Shown piece after piece: positions 61,306 through 64,000 of a DNA stretch of 64,000 nucleotides. Where the stretch lies: NCBI GenBank assembly GCA_051362555.1, contig CM120645.1, forward strand, positions 22,630,001 through 22,694,000, given 5' to 3'. Position numbers and translations under genes: made by a program. The DNA is from Lingula anatina (Eukaryota; Animalia; Brachiopoda). The first letter of the stretch is position 1; each line of letters starts with the position of its first letter. The notes beneath the pieces are model-generated. The model did not search any database and was not told where the DNA came from. It was given only the letters and a program-made list of their open reading frames with translations.

Positions 61306-61464
61306 GCAAATCTACATGTAGGTGTCAATGACTCGTATGAAGTTAGTAGTGAAAGTGACGACGACGACGATGATGATGATGATGATGCATAAGAAATAGA
61401 GTTCCAAGACAGGTCGTCTAGGAGACTTTATTAGACCGGTGTAACGAAACTGAGGGTCCGGGTA

Positions 61465-61500
61465 ACCAAGGAGTTACAACAGATATTGGAACTCCTTGGT
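61465..61500. mobile_element. 36-bp hairpin insertion with GTA duplication
   Basis: ACCAAGGAGTT / AACTCCTTGGT arms; absent from the paralog at about 56417. Confidence 0.7.
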
Positions 61501-62604
61501 GTAACAAAAAGTCCGCCCTCCATTTTGTTATATATTTATTAGGGCTATAGCCTGTGGGTCAAAATCAAGCGCGGGGCTTACCTGTACAAATGAATGGAAA
61601 GCGGACTCTCTATCATGAGAGACAATCTGTCACGTTACACCGGGTGAAGGGGGTCCTTGCAGGAAGACAGCATTGGAATTCAAAATTTGATTAACCGTTA
61701 ATTCACAGCATTGAATAAATGTTGGATATACTATGACTATTACAAACAAATAATTCAGTAGACAACTCCAATAGGCCCTACTGATCTTGTACATAGGACA
61801 ACTCCCTGATTCCACATTGTTCTTAAAAAGATTCACTTTTCCTTGCTACAGGCTGGTCAAATAAGGTATATACTAGTACCAAAACCGATGAGCAACATAT
61901 ATCTCCTTAATCTGGAAAGGTGTAAAACACGCCGGCGGCTAACATTGACGGCCAGATTAACAAACAATGCTTGTACAATATTAAATTACAGTACTTACTG
62001 TACTAGTGGCTGACTGCGCGCTTTCCTGTTATCGGTCCGATAATGATTTTATGCAACGTCAGATTTTACGTTATTTGTATATTATAACGACAGGTAATTT
62101 TTCACCATTATAATGAACACACAAAACCTCGAAAAATTGGATTAATTTACGCCTTCCCCTCGATCTTTAAAGGTGACACATTCTGCAGGGCCGGATACGA
62201 AAGCGCAAGATCTATATAGACATTTGCAGTAGGCCTATTTGTCTACATACATTTTGATCATTTTAGGGATCCAGGACAGAAGTCAGGTTTAATGAACTGG
62301 GTAGGCCTATACTGATGTCAAGTTTTTCTTGTACAGTACAGGGGGTTCCCGAAATAAAAAACGAGAAAAGAAACAAAGAAAAGAAAAAAGTCAAAAACAG
62401 TAACACCAAATCCTTAATTTAAATCAACATTACTTTTCACTCCAGCATTTAAAATACGTTTCAGATATCGAAATCACATATGATCTTAACTTAATACAGG
62501 TAATGTTTATTTCAAGTTATAAACTTTGGATGAGTTAATTGGATGGCTTATTTGCAAGTGTACATGTACATCACATGTATGTAGTACAGTATATGTGGGT
62601 ATAT

Positions 62605-62773
62605 CAGGCCCGTAGCCAGGGGGGGTTCGGGGGGTTCGAAAGAACCGCCCCTTTTGGTGGGAAAAGGTCCACTCTGGGTAAAATTTGATCTAGGTACATA
62701 AAGTTTTTTATGGAAAAAGGTCCACTTTTTCAGAAAAAGAACCCCCCTTTTGAAATTGCTGGCTACGGGCCTG
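62605..62773. mobile_element. MITE, CAG...CTG ends, 5-bp TSD
   Basis: TIR CAGGCCCGTAGCCAG / CTGGCTACGGGCCTG; TATAT on both sides. Confidence 0.8.
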
Positions 62774-63140
62774 TATATTGTCCTAATATTACAACAGAAT
62801 GTTTCCAGTTCCATGTAGATCACTATTCTACATATGCATGATAACACATGCACTGGTAGGCCTACATGTACATTGTATGATACATACAACCGAGTCGACG
62901 CAGCATTTACCTGTAATTCACCCAAGATTCCCCAGTGGTCAAAATGGCAAAATTTGATCATACATGTAATTAACCTTTAAAGCACTTCCTTACTTACATG
63001 TACATGTAGTAGTAAAAATAGTCTTTTGTCACGAACTGCAGAATACTGTACCTCACATGAAAAAATTTAATGGACCATCCCTACTTCTTTTCTAAAGAAA
63101 GGAATGAGTTTTAGTACCAGTGCATTAAAAAATAACGTGT

Positions 63141-63380
63141 AACAAGAAAAGCACTCCGAGAGCGCAGACCTCCGCCAAGGCAGCAATTTTTTATTATTAT
63201 TGATTGATTATTGATCCGGATCACCACCAAAAACTAATCATCTCTTCCTTGGTCCACTTCTGATAGTTCCTGAATATTTAATCAAAATCGGTCCATAACT
63301 TTTTGAGTTATGTTGATAACAGACAAACAAACAGACAGACAGGGGTGAAAACATTGATAACCCTCCTTGGCGGAGGTAAT
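63141..63380. mobile_element. DINE/HINE-like (Helentron-associated) short interspersed element
   Basis: Subterminal inverted repeat ACCTCCGCCAAGG (63168-63180) / CCTTGGCGGAGGT (63365-63377) with an internal (ACAG/ACAA)n microsatellite. Confidence 0.55.
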
Positions 63381-63784
63381 AAAAGTGATCAAAAAAGGCA
63401 ACAGTTTGTATAAGTCCATTCAACTTATCAAGAAAAGATGAAACATAACTATTGAACCACATGCAGTTTAAAATGCTATTTGCATGATGTATAAGTATAA
63501 AAGACTAAGTGCCAGTGGCCTTATTAGAGGCCGAATGAAAGTGACATTTCGTGCCACTTCCAAGCACTAGATCATGGACGGCAGCGGGACGGAAGTGAGA
63601 AATCCAACATGGCGGCCCCTAGCGACGAGTTGCTAAGGCTGATAGTCGAATGTTGTAGTGCCGATCAAAACACAGTTCAATTGTTTTTTTTTTTTTTTTT
63701 TAATCGTATAATAACTTGGAATATAGCATATAATTTTTATTTACTTTTTAATTTATCTTTTTATTTTTTAATCGTATTATACCT

Positions 63785-64000
63785 AGGATTTTGTAAACTT
63801 TGCGATTTGAATAAAGTAGATGAGTTCCACCTCCTGCTAGAGTGCAAAGCATATGATTCAACATGTTATCCCTTCAGAGGGCAGCTGTCAGATTTCCTAC
63901 CCCTAGGCGACTTCAGCTTTAATGAACTGTTTAATTTTCTTATAGGTGCTCAAGACTTAAATATTCTTAGAATGGTTATGCGTTTTGTAAATACTGTAGA
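63785..64000 (+). mobile_element. LINE 3' fragment (C-terminal CCHC finger)
   Basis: Translates to FCKLCDLNKVDEFHLLLECKAY. Confidence 0.6.

Overview
AT-rich animal genomic DNA with spliceosomal introns and microsatellites. It is probably invertebrate and lophotrochozoan/mollusc-like (inference only). Two tandemly duplicated host gene families are present. (1) A secreted protein with signal peptide, PAN/apple, EGF-like and three collagen-less CTHRC1-type C-terminal domains occurs as the 3' end of one copy (97-1762), a dead copy (3752-28210) and a complete 12-exon copy (33153-40355). (2) There are three TMEM121/CECR6-family genes (43168-45668 minus; 55184-56389 and 60039-61305 plus). The dead copy carries three young retroelements in its introns, all absent from the intact paralog, which therefore gives the empty sites. 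These are an internally deleted Ty3/gypsy element with chromodomain-integrase plus an intact F-type env ORF (5185-12328), an intact Gmr1-like gypsy element (12570-18142) and an intact Ngaro-type tyrosine-recombinase retrotransposon with an SGNH hydrolase ORF and a 71-bp hairpin array (19606-27501). The right half holds MITEs, LINE fragments and a 5.4-kb TIR element. That element carries two TATA-preceded units whose predicted first exon folds into two hairpins with co-varying kissing loops. All calls were made by eye; no database search was run.
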